Of a DNA stretch of 64,000 nucleotides, positions 45,308 through 59,530 are shown piece after piece; position 1 is the first letter of the stretch; the number at the start of each line of letters is the position of its first letter. The notes below the pieces were generated by a model. It ran no database searches. It saw only the letters and a program-made list of their open reading frames with translations, and was not told the origin of the DNA. A program made the translations under genes and the position numbers. The DNA comes from Schmidtea polychroa (Eukaryota): positions 2,048,001 through 2,112,000 of the forward strand of contig CM097885.1 of assembly GCA_044892525.1 (NCBI GenBank), in the 5' to 3' direction.

Positions 45308-45910
45308 GAACTTCTCCGTAAAAAGTCTTCGTTCTCTGAATTGATCCGAACATTGTCTGATAACATTTTTACCTTTGTCTCTATTCCTGTTGTCGTGAAT
45401 TTTATTGTATAGGTGTTAGATATATTTGTGTGATAATCTTAATAATAAACCATTTTTGTCTGCATACGTTTTTTTTTCCTTTTGTGTTCATCTTAAGACA
45501 GTTGAGTTGAAATTGGTAAATGGTATTGAGAGTCATAAAATTATGAGGAGCATTAGTCAGTTGGTAAACTCAGCTAGAATTATTGCGATGGGGCGACGGA
45601 ATGAGTAGACGTAAGTCCTTCTATCGGCAGTCAGGGTTGGGAAGTCGAGGCCTCAGTAAGGAGTAGTCCGAAGGAGCTGGCTCACCTGCTTACTGGCGTC
45701 TCGCCGGCATAGCACAGTTCCAACGTGAAGCAATTCACGGGTGCTATGCTGGAGTGTAGGTTATGTACGGGTCCCGCTCGGCGATGACCAAATGAATGAC
45801 GGGCGAAATCGAGGTGGGCATTCATCCTCTAGACTAAAGCTGCACTAGAAAAGGGTCATCCGAGTAGTGTACTCGCAACATTATCATCATTATATTATCA
45901 TAAAACAGCG

Positions 45911-46350
45911 CAAGCTTTGTGATAACCATTGTAAGTCTCAATGTTAGACTAGTTTTGAGCTTTTGGATCTCATTAGTACTATACAGGAGACGCGCAGATT
46001 TCTCTTCGCGTCAGGTAAGTATACAACAGTGTTGAATCAACTTCATTGCATACTTACTCTGGTACACTAAATATCACATTGTTTGTTTTTTTTGGGTTGT
46101 CCCCGAAAATCTGAAAACTTGCAAAGAAGGCGTATGAAAAATCATAATCACCTCTGCAAACAAATAAAAAATTAGACGAAACATAAAAATTGTTTGCAAG
46201 TGCATCAAATAACCTTTAACCTTTAATTTACAAAGTTAAGGTGTACAATTATTTTGTCTTATACTTTCATTAATAGCGCAAGTTTTGTGATATTCAGTAC
46301 AAGTCCCAATAGTAGACCATTTTCGAACTTTTAATCTTCATCAGTACTAT
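45911..46350 (-). repeat. Two tandem, degenerate copies of the hammerhead-containing ~370-nt repeat
   Basis: Homologous to 6530-6780; period ~368; cores mutated (CTAATGA/CAAAA in the first copy; CTGATGA with weakened stem II in the second). Confidence 0.8.
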
Positions 46351-48499
46351 AAAACGTATTCATTAATAATTTAGAATTAGGAATATTAATGTCTAAATTT
46401 TTATTAACAATTATAAAATGGCACATTTATGGTTGTGCAAATTGATCGGTTTAATTGAACTCGATCATAAACTAAAATATTTCCTGATCAGTGAATATTT
46501 GTTTAATTTTCTAAACGTTTATCAGGGACAATATGGTGGGCCAAATAGTTGCAATGTAAATATTGAGCTATTCTTTTATTTAGGTTCAAATTTTTACTTA
46601 CCACCATTTTACTGTCTTTGAATTCAGTAAATTTTAAGTTTTAATTTTTTCTCTATTTATACGCCTCATTTTCATATTTAGATATTTATCATAATTTTAG
46701 ATTTGAAAACAATTTAATATTGTATTTTCTTTATCAAAAATTAATAATTTCCGCATTCCTTGCATTTTAAAAAGCGTTTCTTTTTGTCATGTTTATTCTT
46801 GCATTTAATATTATGCAAAATATTAAAATTTAAATCATTTTTTTGCTAATATACTTTGAAATTATTTTAGATTTTAAATAATTAGTAAATTTAGAAACAT
46901 TTGTTTATCTACACCAAAAAATATAAAATGTTGTAATTGTAAACGTAGCAGGAAGTGATTATCATTTATGAAAGTTGTCAAACGTTGAAATATTTTGATA
47001 AATTCATAAAATGAAATATTAAATGGAATATTTAATTGATTTATTTTGACATTAATAATTATTCATCATATTAATCAATAATTTTGTTAATTTTAGATAA
47101 AACGATAAGGCCTAATGAAATAATATGCAGAATTAGCGAATGTTTTATGATGAAAGATTGTAATTCTCCTTGCATTGGGTATTATTTCAATGGAAAAGAT
47201 CAATTTTGTCGAGGAACAGCAAAACATTGTGAAAAGAAAAGGATCGACTTAAGGATATCAGAAGTGATAGTGAGATGCCCAATGGAAAATTGTCAGTTGA
47301 GAGAATAAATTGAAAGAGCATACAACAAGCAGCCAATCAGAAGCCATTTAATGCAAATGTATGTGAAATGACTGAAGTTGTGAAGGACGAAATGAAAGCC
47401 ACCTTAATGAGAATAATGCTTACCATCGCAAATTGTTGATTGACCATATCAATAATTTCTGCAATTAGATAGAATAAGTGGGTAATGCAAATATGAAATT
47501 GAGAAAGGAATTATCGAATTGAAAGGAGAAATAACTCAATTCAAACAATAATTCTATAATATTTAATTGATTGATTAAATTATTGATTGATATTTGTGAT
47601 TGTATGAGAATTGTTCTAACGTAAATATGGAATGGAAAGAGATTGCAACAAGGGAGAAATGGAGGAATTGAATGAGGTCAATCAGACAATTGATAATTAT
47701 AAGCAGCGGCTGGCACAAGAGAATGAAAAAGCGATCAAATATTTGAATTAAAAATCAAACATTTTAATAGATCAACTTTGCATTCTCTTGTTGCATACGC
47801 CGTTTGCACTTCGGTTTCAATTCATCAATTCGCATTTGGTATTTTGTTTCAATCATTTCAATTTGTTGTCTGATTTGCTTTGCGTTTAAGCATCAAATCA
47901 ACAATCAAACTTGATTGATAGATTCAATATTTGTCTCCATCTCGGTTCTGGATGAGCGATTCTCATTCTATAATGCTACAATATCCTCAACTAACTCCTC
48001 TATTTCCCCTCTGTTGCCCATCACTTTCATTTCCATATCGCACATTTTCTCATTTACTCACAATATCAATTAAATATTTCAATCATTTAATTGGGCATAA
48101 TCAGCTTTTTGTTTGAATTGTCTCATTTCACATTTCAATTCGGTAATTTCGTTACGCAATTTCATATTTTCATTTCTCAATGATTGCATCTCATTGCATA
48201 AATTACTGATCTGATCAATCAATAATTTGCTATGGCAATCATTGTTATCATTGAGATGGACTTTCATTTCGTCCTTTACCACTTCATTCATTTCGCATCC
48301 AATAGCATTGAATGGGCATCTGATTGGCTGCTTAATTATAAATTATAACCAATCGGGTGCAATTGATGTGTTTGGCAATGAATAAATGTGTTTGTTTGCA
48401 ATTGATGTGAAGATTTCCATGCTAAATTGCAATGATATTTGATACGCTCCAGCCTGGAAATGAAAACAATTATTTCAGTAAATCAATATATTTTTTAGT

Positions 48500-50290
48500 T
48501 CTGTGTTTTGATTTATTTTTTTGTTTTGGGTTTTGCTTCCCCTGGGTGTTATACTGTTATCGTTCATGCTATTTACATTTCCTTGCGCTTGGGAATTCAA
48601 CTCATTTTCTAATCCGTTCCTTTGTTGTAATTATGTCGGATGTATCATTTGTTCTCCCAATCTCTTGAGTCTCCTTGATTAATATTTTATATTATCCATA
48701 AAATCCGTTATTGCCATTGCCGTTGTTTTGGTTGCTTCTACTATTGTTGTATGTTAGGTTCCGCGTTGCTTTCTCTGACATATTTCTGAGTTTCCTCTTG
48801 CTAGCTGTATTTTGCAGTCGAATAGATTCAACAGGCTATTAGCAGCTTTGCGGGAATCTTTATTCCAGAGGCTTTTTAGCTTCATGATTATTTGTTTTTT
48901 GGGTTGATTTGAATTCTTTCCACAGAATTTACATTTGCTTGTTCTTATTTCGCATACTTTTGGATGACTCTTTGTGATTATTGAAATCAGGCATAGTTCA
49001 CATTTTATTTTTTGAATTTGCTATTTCTTAGTCCTTTCCATTCATATTACTCTCTCAGACATTTCATTTAATATTTCGCGATTCGTTGCATAGTTTGGTT
49101 GGGTATTCTCGAGGGTGATTTTATTAGTTTCGCCACAGTCTGGACATATTGTTGAATTTTCTTTTTAGCTGGGTTACAAATTCTGCATCCACATTCGATG
49201 TCTTGTCTCGATTATTAGCTTGTTAGACTTGATATAATTGAGTCGCTTTTCGTGTTTTCGTAATTTCGTTTGCTATTTTCTCATGAGTGTGTAAACTTTT
49301 GACCGGTCCTCTAATTTCTGTTGGATTCGGTTGGTTGCCATTTGAATTTAGTTAGAAATTTTTATGTTTACTGCTCTGACTTAAGATATAAATATTTTCA
49401 TTATTAGTGATTCTATCACTTCCATTGCAATCATCGTTGTAGGTCGGTGGTATTGGTATTGTTTTAGTAGTGCTTTCATTTTGCTTCCTATGACTTTGTG
49501 AGTTGCGCAGGTGAGACAATCTGTTATCCGCTTTTTAAGTCATCTACATCTTTCGACCAATAAAATTTTTGTTTAATTTCTTGTTTCTGCTTTCTTGGCT
49601 GATATGTGTCCACCAAACTTTCCATCATGATATTGTATTAAAATATTTTTACACCAATTTCGGATAGGCACATTAAGCTCATATATCAGGGGTGCCCACT
49701 AATTTTTCTAGGAGAGCTACATTCACATCCAAAATGTGTATGCGATCTACTTTTTTAATACTTACATAATATTTAAACTAAATAAACAAAATTAAATTAA
49801 ACTAAATTAAACTAAATAACATTTTGAAAATGGTGAAATCAAAATTAAAAAATGTTATTTAGTATTACCATAGAAATGGAACACAGAACATGAAAATTGG
49901 CAAAAAATTTAAGCATAAAACAGAAATTTTATATAAATTCTAAATTTATATAAAAAATATTTTTTTTATGAAGATCTACTAAAAAATCCTTCGCGATCTA
50001 CCGGTAGATCGCGATCGACCTTATGGGCACCCCTGTCATATATCAATCCATTACCAATAGGTGTCCTTTCTTGATCCTAGATCTGGCGATTTTTCTCCGT
50101 ATTATCTTGGTCAAAAATTGAAAATAGTTCGTTGTTCCATTTCTAATTCTAGCATCATTTTACACTTCTAATGTATTTTATCAGGTTTATATTTTTACCT
50201 TTTACTAGTGTTGCGTTTTCGCTATAGGTAAATAACGAGGGTTCTTCTTGATTTTGGCCGAACATAAATGTTAATTTGATTTTAAGTAAT
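48500..50290 (-). mobile_element. Degraded Gypsy-like internal fragments (gag-like Cys motifs, integrase zinc-binding region)
   Basis: Minus-strand translation gives HDGKFGGHIS and CLTCAT (HHCC-like) plus CKFCGK; many stops. Confidence 0.55.
49687..50035. mobile_element. hAT MITE
   Basis: TIR CAGGGGTGCCCA / TGGGCACCCCTG; perfect TSD TCATATAT. Confidence 0.88.
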
Positions 50291-52341
50291 TGTCAGTAAG
50301 TGAATAATTCAAATTTTAAGTTTTTAATTTTTTCACAATTTTTACGTCTATTTTCATATATAGATTTCTATTATTATTTTAGATTTGGAAACAATTTAAT
50401 ACTGTATTTGCCTTTTCAAATATTACTAATTTCCGGATTTATTGCATTTTTAAAAAACGTTTCTTTTTGTCAAGTTTATTCGTGCATTTAATATTATGCA
50501 AAATATTAAAATTTATATAATTTTAATGCAAATATACTTGGAAATTGTTTTAGATTTTGAATAATTATAAATTTAGAAACATTTGTTTATCTACACCAAA
50601 AAATATAAAATGTTGTAATTGTAAACGTAGCAGGAAATAATTATCATTTATGAAAGTTGTCAAAAGTTGAAATATTTTGATAATTGCAAAATGTAAAATG
50701 GAATATTTAATTGATTTATTTTTATATTGATAATTATTTATCATTTAATTAATAATTTTGTTAATTTTAGATAAAACGATAAGGAAATAAATTTGAATTT
50801 GATAATTTCCAGAATGTGCAAAATGATTGTGAAGATCATGCGATCAACTTAGGTATTTGAGAAGTTGGATTAATCAAGTGTTAATGAGAATAGCCATAAA
50901 GCAGCCCATTCAATGCAATTGGATTTGAAATGAAGTAGTGAAGGACAAAATGAAAGCCATCTGAATGAGAATAATTCTTTCCATCGCAAATTGTTGATTG
51001 ACCATATCAATAATTTCTGCAATTAGATAGAATCAGTGGGTAATGCAAATATGAAATTGAGAAAGGAATTATCGAATTGAAAGGAGAAATAACTCAATTC
51101 AAACAATAATTTGATAATATTTAATTGATTGATTAAATTATTGATTGATATTTGTGATTGTATGAGAATTTGTTCTAACGTAAATATGGAATGGAAAGGG
51201 ATTGCAACAAGGGAGAAATGGAGGAATTGAATGAGGTCAATCCAACAATTGATAATTATAAGCAGCGGCTGGCACAAGAGAATGAAAAAGCGATCAAATA
51301 TTTGAATAAAAAATCAAACATTTTAATAGATCAACTTTGCATTCTCTTGTTGCATACGCCGTTTGCACTTCGGTTTCAATTCATCAATTCGCATTTGGTA
51401 TTTTGTTTCAATCATTTCAATTTGTTGTCTGATTTGCCTTGCGTTTAAGCATCAAATCAACAATCAAACTTGATTGATAGATTCAATATTTGTCTCCATC
51501 TCGGTTCTGGATGAGCGATTCTCATTCTATAATGCTACAATATCCTCAACTAACTCCTCTATTTCCCCTCTGTTGCCCATCACTTTCATTTCCACATCGC
51601 ACATTTTCTCATTTACTCACAATATCAATTAAATATTTCAATCATTTAATTGGGCATAATCAGCTTTTTGTTTGAATTGTCTCATTTCACATTTCAATTC
51701 GGTAATTTCCTTACCCAATTTCACATTCTCATCTCTCATTGCTTGCATCTCATTGCATAAATTACTGATCTGATAAAATCAGCAATTTGCTATGGCAATC
51801 ATTGTTATCATTGAGATGGACTTTCATTTCGTCATTGGTCACTTCATTGCACAGCCAATCGCATTGAATGGCATCTGATTGGCTGCTTATTGATAAATTA
51901 TCACCAATCGCATTGAATGGCATCTGATTGGCTGCTTATTGATAAATTATCACCAATCGGGTACAATTGATGTGCTTGGCAATGAATAAATGGCCTGGCA
52001 GTGCATTTGATGTGGAGATTTCCATGCTAAATTGCAATGATATTTGATACGCTCCAGCCTGGAAATTAAAACAATTATTTCAGTAAATCAATATAATTCT
52101 TTTAGTCCTGTTGTTCGGTGTTTTGATTTATTTTGCTATTTTGATGAGGCAAGTGCAAGGGTTATTCACCTTCCATGAATATGCTGGGGTGCATAACATT
52201 TATTTTCATTACCATTTTAGAATTTGCCTATTCACCTCGAAGTAATTTTTACCGTGAAATTAGATAATGAAAATTGCAAATTCACAGTGAAATTAATTCA
52301 AAATATCTCCTCAGCCAATAATGAAACGCCTTCATTAATAT

Positions 52342-52704
52342 CAGTGGCGTAACTAGTGGACGCAGCACCCTGCGTTGCGGGGGCCCAAATTTATTACTAA
52401 AAAATATTTACAATCATTTTCTGAAACTTCACCCGCAGTTATATTTGCCTACAAACATGAAACTATCATTGAATAGCGGCTGCCGTGAATAACTATCTAT
52501 TAAACTTTAACCGAAATTTTTTTTGCCAATATGAAGGAAAGGAGGAAAGATTTTAATATTTAAGGTCCATTAAGTTTTAGTTTCATTTTTGTATTATTTT
52601 TATGATATATGAAATAAATATCTAACTTGTTTTTGTTAAAAAAAAATTATTGTGGAATTATTTTACATTGCGCGGGGGGCCCAAATTTTGAAGTTCCGCC
52701 ACTG
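52342..52704. mobile_element. hAT MITE
   Basis: TIR CAGTGGCGTAAC / GTTCCGCCACTG; perfect TSD ATTAATAT. Confidence 0.85.
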
Positions 52705-52780
52705 ATTAATATCTACAAGGCTAATTGCAATTAAGTTCTATATTAATTTGGAATTATTAATTCTACTTATTAGAGCAGGG

Positions 52781-55284
52781 CAGTGATGGCGAACCTTTTT
52801 TTCTTGTGGGTCAAAATTAATTTAAAAAAAATTCAATTTGGAGTCGCAGGTCAAACTAGCTACATATGTATCTTTAAAATTTAAACAATTATTATATTTA
52901 CTTTTTTGATTACACTTTTATTTAAAAAAAGTTATACAAACAATTCAGTAAACAAATAAAATATAATTTAAATAAATAATATAAGAAAATTAATGTGAAA
53001 TTTGCTGCTGCTTTTCAGATGATAATTTTTGTATATCTGGTTTATAAGTTGTTGACCTTAATCTCACACATGCAGCAGTCATTTCTTTACCGAGTCGATT
53101 TCTTTCCGAGGGCTTTATATAATTCAATGAAGAAAATAGTTGCTCACAGTAATAAGACGAAAAGCTAAAGTTTTCATGCAAATAAATGTATTTACCATAG
53201 AATTCCACGCTTGGAGTATAATATTTTCTATATTTTCTTCTGCTGATTCATTAAAAGAAATTTGGGAATTATTTAATTCTATTTTTGCAGTTAAATCTTC
53301 AAATTTATTTCTCCATAAAAAACTATTTTGAAATTCTACCAATTCTATTTCTAAATTATTAATATTCAACCAACCTCTAATTCCAAATTTTTGAATTCAA
53401 TATTATGAGGATACATGATAAATTGTAAACTAGTTTCCTGTTGCTTAAATTGAATAAATCTGTTTTCAAAGGATTCTCTGATTTCTTCAATAATTAATAC
53501 ATAGTTATTGATTTTATTCTCGTCAACCTCAATATTTTTCCCAAAATGCGTTGAACTTTTAAAGTGTTCAAGTAAACGTGGAAAATATTTAAAAGTTTTC
53601 ATATTCAAATCTTTTATAAAAATGTCCAATTTTAACACAAACGATTTAATATTTTCATACATATTTAAAGCAATTTGTCCACGTCCTTGAAGTTTCTTAT
53701 TAAGCTCGTTAAAGTGCTGTGTTATATCACAAAAAAACATTAGATCATTTAACCATTGTAAATTTGTTAGCTCAGGATAATTTACATCCTTTTCGTGTAA
53801 AAATAGTTTTAATTACTCAAGGAGACTAACAAAATGATTTAAAACTAGACCGCGGCTGAGCCATCGAACGTTATTATACATTAAATGTCCTGAATACTGG
53901 GAATCAATTTCGGATAATAATTCAGCGATTTCACGCCTATTCAGATCTCGTGCAGATATAAAATTGACAATATTTGTCACTGTTGCCATAACTTTCGAAA
54001 ATGATTGTAATCCTTTTTTAACACACAGTACCCCCTGATGAATAATACAATGAAATTCAACTAATGGACGTCCAATGTATTGTTTGAGCTGTGTAATAAA
54101 TCCAAAGTTTTTTCCAACCATGCTAGGAGCACTATCTGTAGTTACGGAAACAATCTTCTTTATATCAATATTCATTTTTTCAATTTCTTCTTTAAATCCA
54201 TGCATAATATCCACACCTGTTGTTTTTCCTGTTAAATTTACTAATTTTAATAATTCTTCTCTCATAATATTCGCAGATTTGTATTTAGCAATTATTGCAA
54301 CCTGTGCCTGACCAGTTATGTCGGTACTTTCATCCAACGAAACCGAAAACATTTCAGTATTTTTTAAGTCTGCAATTAATTACATAGAAGTATTTCCGTC
54401 CATAGTTAAAATTCTGTCTTTTACTGTGTTCCGACTAATTGACAATTATTTTATTCGTTTTATAATTAGATCTTTTTCTTTAAAATCGGAAAACAACAAA
54501 TTGCTGCAATCTAAAAGAGCTTCTTTAAAAACTCTCCTTCTGATAATGGTTTCCCATATTTTGCAATTGAGTGTGCCTGCTGAAAACTAGCTGACGTAAT
54601 ATGTTTTTTGGGCACAACAAACGATTTCAACGTATAAGTTTCAGCTTGATATTTTTTTATTCTTTTTTCTCTTCCTCTGTTAATGAAACTAGATTTTTGC
54701 GAATAGTTTCAAAATGTCTTAGTTGTGACGTTCTCTTTGCACAGAATGCAAAGCGTTTTCTTATTTTTTTCAATTACTCCAAATTTGAAAAACCATTCTT
54801 CATGATACATTCTTACCGTACTTGCTTCATTCGCCTTACGTTTTTTGCTCATTGACATCCTGAACTAATAATAAAAAATCTAAAAAAATTGCTAATAATA
54901 AAAAAATCTAAAAAATTGGCTTGTAAAAAATTTATATTGTTAAAATGACTTACCAATTATTAAAACTATAACTTGCTAAATAATATTTAATTATAATACC
55001 AATAGATTCTAGTAATAAGTAGATATTTAAAACTTATATTATTTATTTTTGTTCGGTGGTGACATCTAGATTTTAGTAATTTATTATTATTATACATAGT
55101 TTTTGAGATTCTATTTTTTAAAAGAAAAAAATGTTTTTTTTGTAAACCAATTATAATAAATATAAAGGATTTCTTAGTGTTTTGAAAAAAATTCAAATCT
55201 AACATTTAAAACTTTCTCTTGGGTATTTAAAAATAATTTCGTGGGTCACTTCTTGACCCACGGGTCATGGGTTCGCCTTCACTG
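52781..55284 (-). mobile_element. hAT (Charlie/SPIN, GTF2IRD2-like) transposon with a disrupted transposase
   Basis: TIR CAGTGATGGCGAACC / GGTTCGCCTTCACTG; TSD gagcaggg/gaataggg; SLDESTD, VTTDSAPSMVG, HCIIHQ, VRWLSRG, LNKKLQG, YYCEQLFSSL. Confidence 0.9.
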
Positions 55285-55433
55285 GAATAGGGAATAATGT
55301 TTTATATTTTGTTATTAGAACTTGATTTAATTTTGATATTCATGAATTTTTTGCACTGCTTTTTACAATTGATTTTGATAATATTTTACAAAAAATAAAT
55401 TTGATTTTTATTGATATTATTGGTTAATATAGT

Positions 55434-57463
55434 CATAGGCGTAGCCACGCCCGGGCAATTATAGGCAGTACCCGGGTTTAATTTCTTTCTGACCGGGTTG
55501 CACAGGCTTTTGAAAAATAAAAAGTCTTTATTTTCAGTCCATTGAAAAACAAATGAATCATTGTGTTCGCGGGCTTGTCAGTAATAGGTACATATTTTGT
55601 AAAATTGCGACCAAGACTGTATTACGCATAGCCGTCTCCCCTAAAACAACAATGTTGCGATCTTGTAGCAGCAAAGTGTGCTGCTAGGCTGAAAGTTAAT
55701 AAACCAATCACAGCACACCTATCAATTAAACAGCAAACAAGTCACAAAAAGCAGACGATTTTGCAGACGACTATTTCGACATAAAATTAGTAACTGTGAC
55801 GTAATGTTTGACCTATTTATTAATAAACAAATAATATGATTGTCGAATCATAGACGAATAAAACATCTTGAATAAACTGGTAATGAATAAAACATTCAGG
55901 CATACGCAACGTAGTAATGCACATTAATTTTGTAAAATTTGAATATTATGCTGATAAGTAAATAAGCAAATAACTTTAATTTTAATAGGATAAATAAAAA
56001 AATCTACAATAATTTTTAAAAAAAATAAAAATATTGTAACCATGGCCACTCAAGACCGAAGAAAGAAACGAAAAAGCGATGAGTTAGCAATAGCGTCATA
56101 GGGGGTGCATAAATTGTCAGCGCTCGGCTTTAGCATCAATCCAAAAAATAAAGACACCATCGACACGCCGGACAGGGCAGTCTTACGCTGCGAAACATCG
56201 AATGACACAACTTCTGTTTCTACATCAAATTCGAATTGATCAGTGAGTAAATCGTTATGCCGATATTCCAGTGAAAAACTCGGGAAATGAAGTAAATGAA
56301 CAGAATAAACAATCTCAAAATCTCCTAAAATTTCCAGATCAAATTTTCAAGGGGAAACTGTATGTCCTCGTTCAACCAACCTCACTTATATACACGTGGA
56401 GATATTTTGGAATAACTAAATCGTTTTCAAAGTTGTTTTTTTTCGGAATTTCCGTGGGTGGAATATTCTGTTAAGCAGGATGCTTCATATTGCTTTTGCT
56501 GTCGTTACTGGAGCAAAGAAAGTTCACTGTTTGCCGAACCTACTGGATTTTCTGACTGGCAGCACACAACAGGTCAAAAGTTTGGATTAACTCTTCACAA
56601 TTCCTCTGCTGAACATTTGCGATGCATGATGGAATGGGGTCAATTTAGAATCCGAGAGAAAGAAGGAAAACAAGTTGTTAATTTGATCGATATGGCTGCC
56701 GTTACACTGCGCGAGAAAAACAGGTACTACATAAAAACGTTAGCAGAGGTAATATTATTTTGTGCTAAACAAGAAATCACTTTACGTGGTCACGATGAGA
56801 GTGATGAGTCGGAAAACAAAGGAAACTTTTTGGAATTAATCGACGTCATCAGCCGTCACGATGACAAGTTTGCAGCTCGATTGCGTTCATTGCCCGACAA
56901 TGCCATTTATTTATCGCCATCAATCCAGAACGATAACGCCCTTTGTATAACCACTTGCATTTCGATATAACATCAAAAGCCGTCGAAGAAACGGGTATGT
57001 TCTCACTTTTGGTAGACGATACATAAGATATTAGTAAGGCTGAACAAACGTTCATAGTGTTACGATTTTTTGATAAGTCTACAAATAGCATTAACGAATG
57101 TTTTCTTGGCTTTTTCAGCCAAGTGGTCTTGATGCTCAGTCTCTCGTAAACTGCATTACTGAGGCGCTGAACCAACATGATGTTAACATTAACAATTGCA
57201 TAGCTCAGGCATACGACGGTGCGTCAGTGATGAGTGGAGATATTAGTGGAGTTCAGAGGAAAATTCAATATTTGGTTCCGCATGCGGTCTATGTTCTTTG
57301 CTACGCACATAGAGTCAACATTGTTTGTGTTAGTAAATGTTTGTAAAAATGAACCGATCGCTCGTGATTTTTTTGATCTTGTGCAGTTGTTTTTATCTAA
57401 ATTATGAATATTTTTGTGTTGGGCAGCTGCCCAGACTGCATTATGACCCTGGTTACGCCACTG
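55434..57463 (+). mobile_element. hAT (ZMYM1/TTF-type) transposon, internally deleted and degenerate
   Basis: Termini CATAGGCGTAGCCA / TGGTTACGCCACTG; TSD aatatagt/aatgtagt; YCFCC, LRGHDES..NKGNFLEL, YLSPSIQND, QAYDGASVMSG, CYAHRVN. Confidence 0.85.
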
Positions 57464-58504
57464 AATGTAGTGCCTGTTGAACCTCACTGATATTTATACA
57501 GTTACCATTTAATATTCTTTTTTTTATTTGTTTAAGAGTAATAATTTTATATTTAACTGAATGCGAGTGTAATTTGTTTTAATAATGGCGATTTTAAAAT
57601 ATACAAAAAACATGCCTCCTATACTCAGACTAGAAGCAACAAACAAAATGCCATCTTATTCCGATTTAGAAGTAACAAACAAAATAATTTCTAACTACAA
57701 AAAGCAATTCAATCCACAACGACAAGCTGAATATCAACGAATACGTCAATACAATTTCCAATAACGATGCCAACTTTATGATGGAAGATGTTAAATGCAA
57801 TAAAATTGGGAACAATGTTGAATTTACAATTTACTTATTTTTCCAATTATTAGCTTGCTGCGCGGGTAGCCCCGGCACGACAGTTAATTTTAATTTGAAA
57901 TAATATTATTATAAGAACTTTTTTATTCCAATTTCACCACTGACTTTTTTTTCATTGTATGTATTAAAAAGAACTTGGAGTATATAAATCATTAAATATA
58001 TCGATGTTTTTGATATTCACGAATTTTCTGCACTGCCTTCACTTGAAAAGGGCAATACATTGATATATTTACTGATTTATAGCCTTCAAAGTCTTTAATA
58101 AATAAAATAATATTGATTTTAAAATTATCCAACAATATATTTAAAATTATCTAAAAATATATTTAAAATCATCTAAAAATCTGTTTAAAATAAGTATAAA
58201 AAAACAAAAGATATTGTTTATGATAATTTAGAAAACTAAAACTTAAATAATTACAAAATAATATAATTTGAACTAATTGATTTACTCATATCAGATAAAT
58301 TCTTGTCGTGCTAAAGCCTTTTCCAAATATTTTCTCATATGAGAAAACCACTCAATAAATAATAATAATAATAATTCTAATGTAAATTTAATTAATTCCT
58401 TAGTAGTAGGATTGGAGCTCCCCAGACCAGGAGCTCCCCGCGCCACATATACCCCCTCCCCCCCCCCGGGAAAAAAATTTTTTTTTTTAATTTTTTGTTT
58501 TAAT

Positions 58505-59530
58505 TAATTGGCCTGGCGGGCTCACACTTTTTTTCATCCCAAAAATTAATGTTCTCGTTAACAGATTTTATTGACCGATACCTCATCTTAAAGCACAGTC
58601 CAAGACCTTTCGAATGAGCTATAGGTATCATATATATCTTTAATAGTTTTAATGTTATTAACAATTGATGACCACCATCTTTTCAACGTTAAATTATTAT
58701 TATTTTCCAAAATATTATTAATTGGCCTGGCGGGCTCACACTTTTTATCATCCCAAAAATTAATGTTCCTACCAACGGATTTTATTGGACGATACCTCAT
58801 CTTAAAGCTCAGTCCAAGACCTTTCGATTGATCCATAGAAGGTATCATCATCATTAATATTGACAAAGTTATTAACAATTGATGACCACCATCTTTTCAA
58901 CGTTAAATTATTATTATTATTCAAAATATTATTAATTGGCCGGGCGGGGACATACTTTTTCTCATCCCAAAAATTAATGTTCCCATTATCCGAATTTATT
59001 AATCGATAGCTTATTTTGAAGCGTAGTCTAAGACCTTTCAATTGAGCCATAGAAGGTATCATCATCATTAACATCGGCAAAGTTATTAAAGTTTTACCGA
59101 GACCATTTTTCAAGGTCATTTATTATTTTCAAGGTCATTTAATTTTTTTTTCAAGGTCAAGGTCAAATTTTTAATAAAAGGTCAAGGTCATTTATTATTT
59201 TCAAGGTCATTTTTTTTTTTTTTTTTTTATAATTATGTGGCCGGGAGGGCCCCTACTTTTTTTCATCCCAAAAATTAATGTTCCCGCCAACAGATTTTAT
59301 TAATCAAACACTTATTTTAAAGCCCAATGCAAGACCTTTCGAATGAGCTAATGAAGGTATCATCATCATTATTATTGACAAAGTTATTAACATTTTACCA
59401 AAAATCATTTTCAAGGTCATATAATTATTAATTGGCCTGGCGGGCCCCTACTCTTTTTCATCCCAAAAATTAATGTTCCCATTATCCGACCTTTCGAATG
59501 AGCCATAGAAGGTATCATCATCATTAATAT
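58505..59530. repeat. 214-bp tandem repeat in the Maverick terminal region (about 5 full or partial copies)
   Basis: taattggcc..catcccaaaaattaatgttc at 58505, 58719 and 58933, with partial copies near 59236 and 59429. Confidence 0.9.

Larger units (their letters stand above)
46621..52095. repeat. ~1.8-kb direct duplication (~46621-48490 and ~50306-52095), each copy with tail-to-tail TRAF-like zinc-finger/coiled-coil pseudogene fragments
   Basis: ORFs 47931-48116 and 51490-51675 are nearly identical (offset 3559); CPFNAIGC..EMKVHL..H..LL followed by a coiled coil resembles a TRAF ZnF-coiled-coil junction; related fragments on both strands. Confidence 0.7.

Noticed and set aside
58588..59119. 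ORFs of 96 and 105 aa in the Maverick terminal region
   Set aside because: They follow the 214-bp non-coding tandem repeat and show no recognisable protein features
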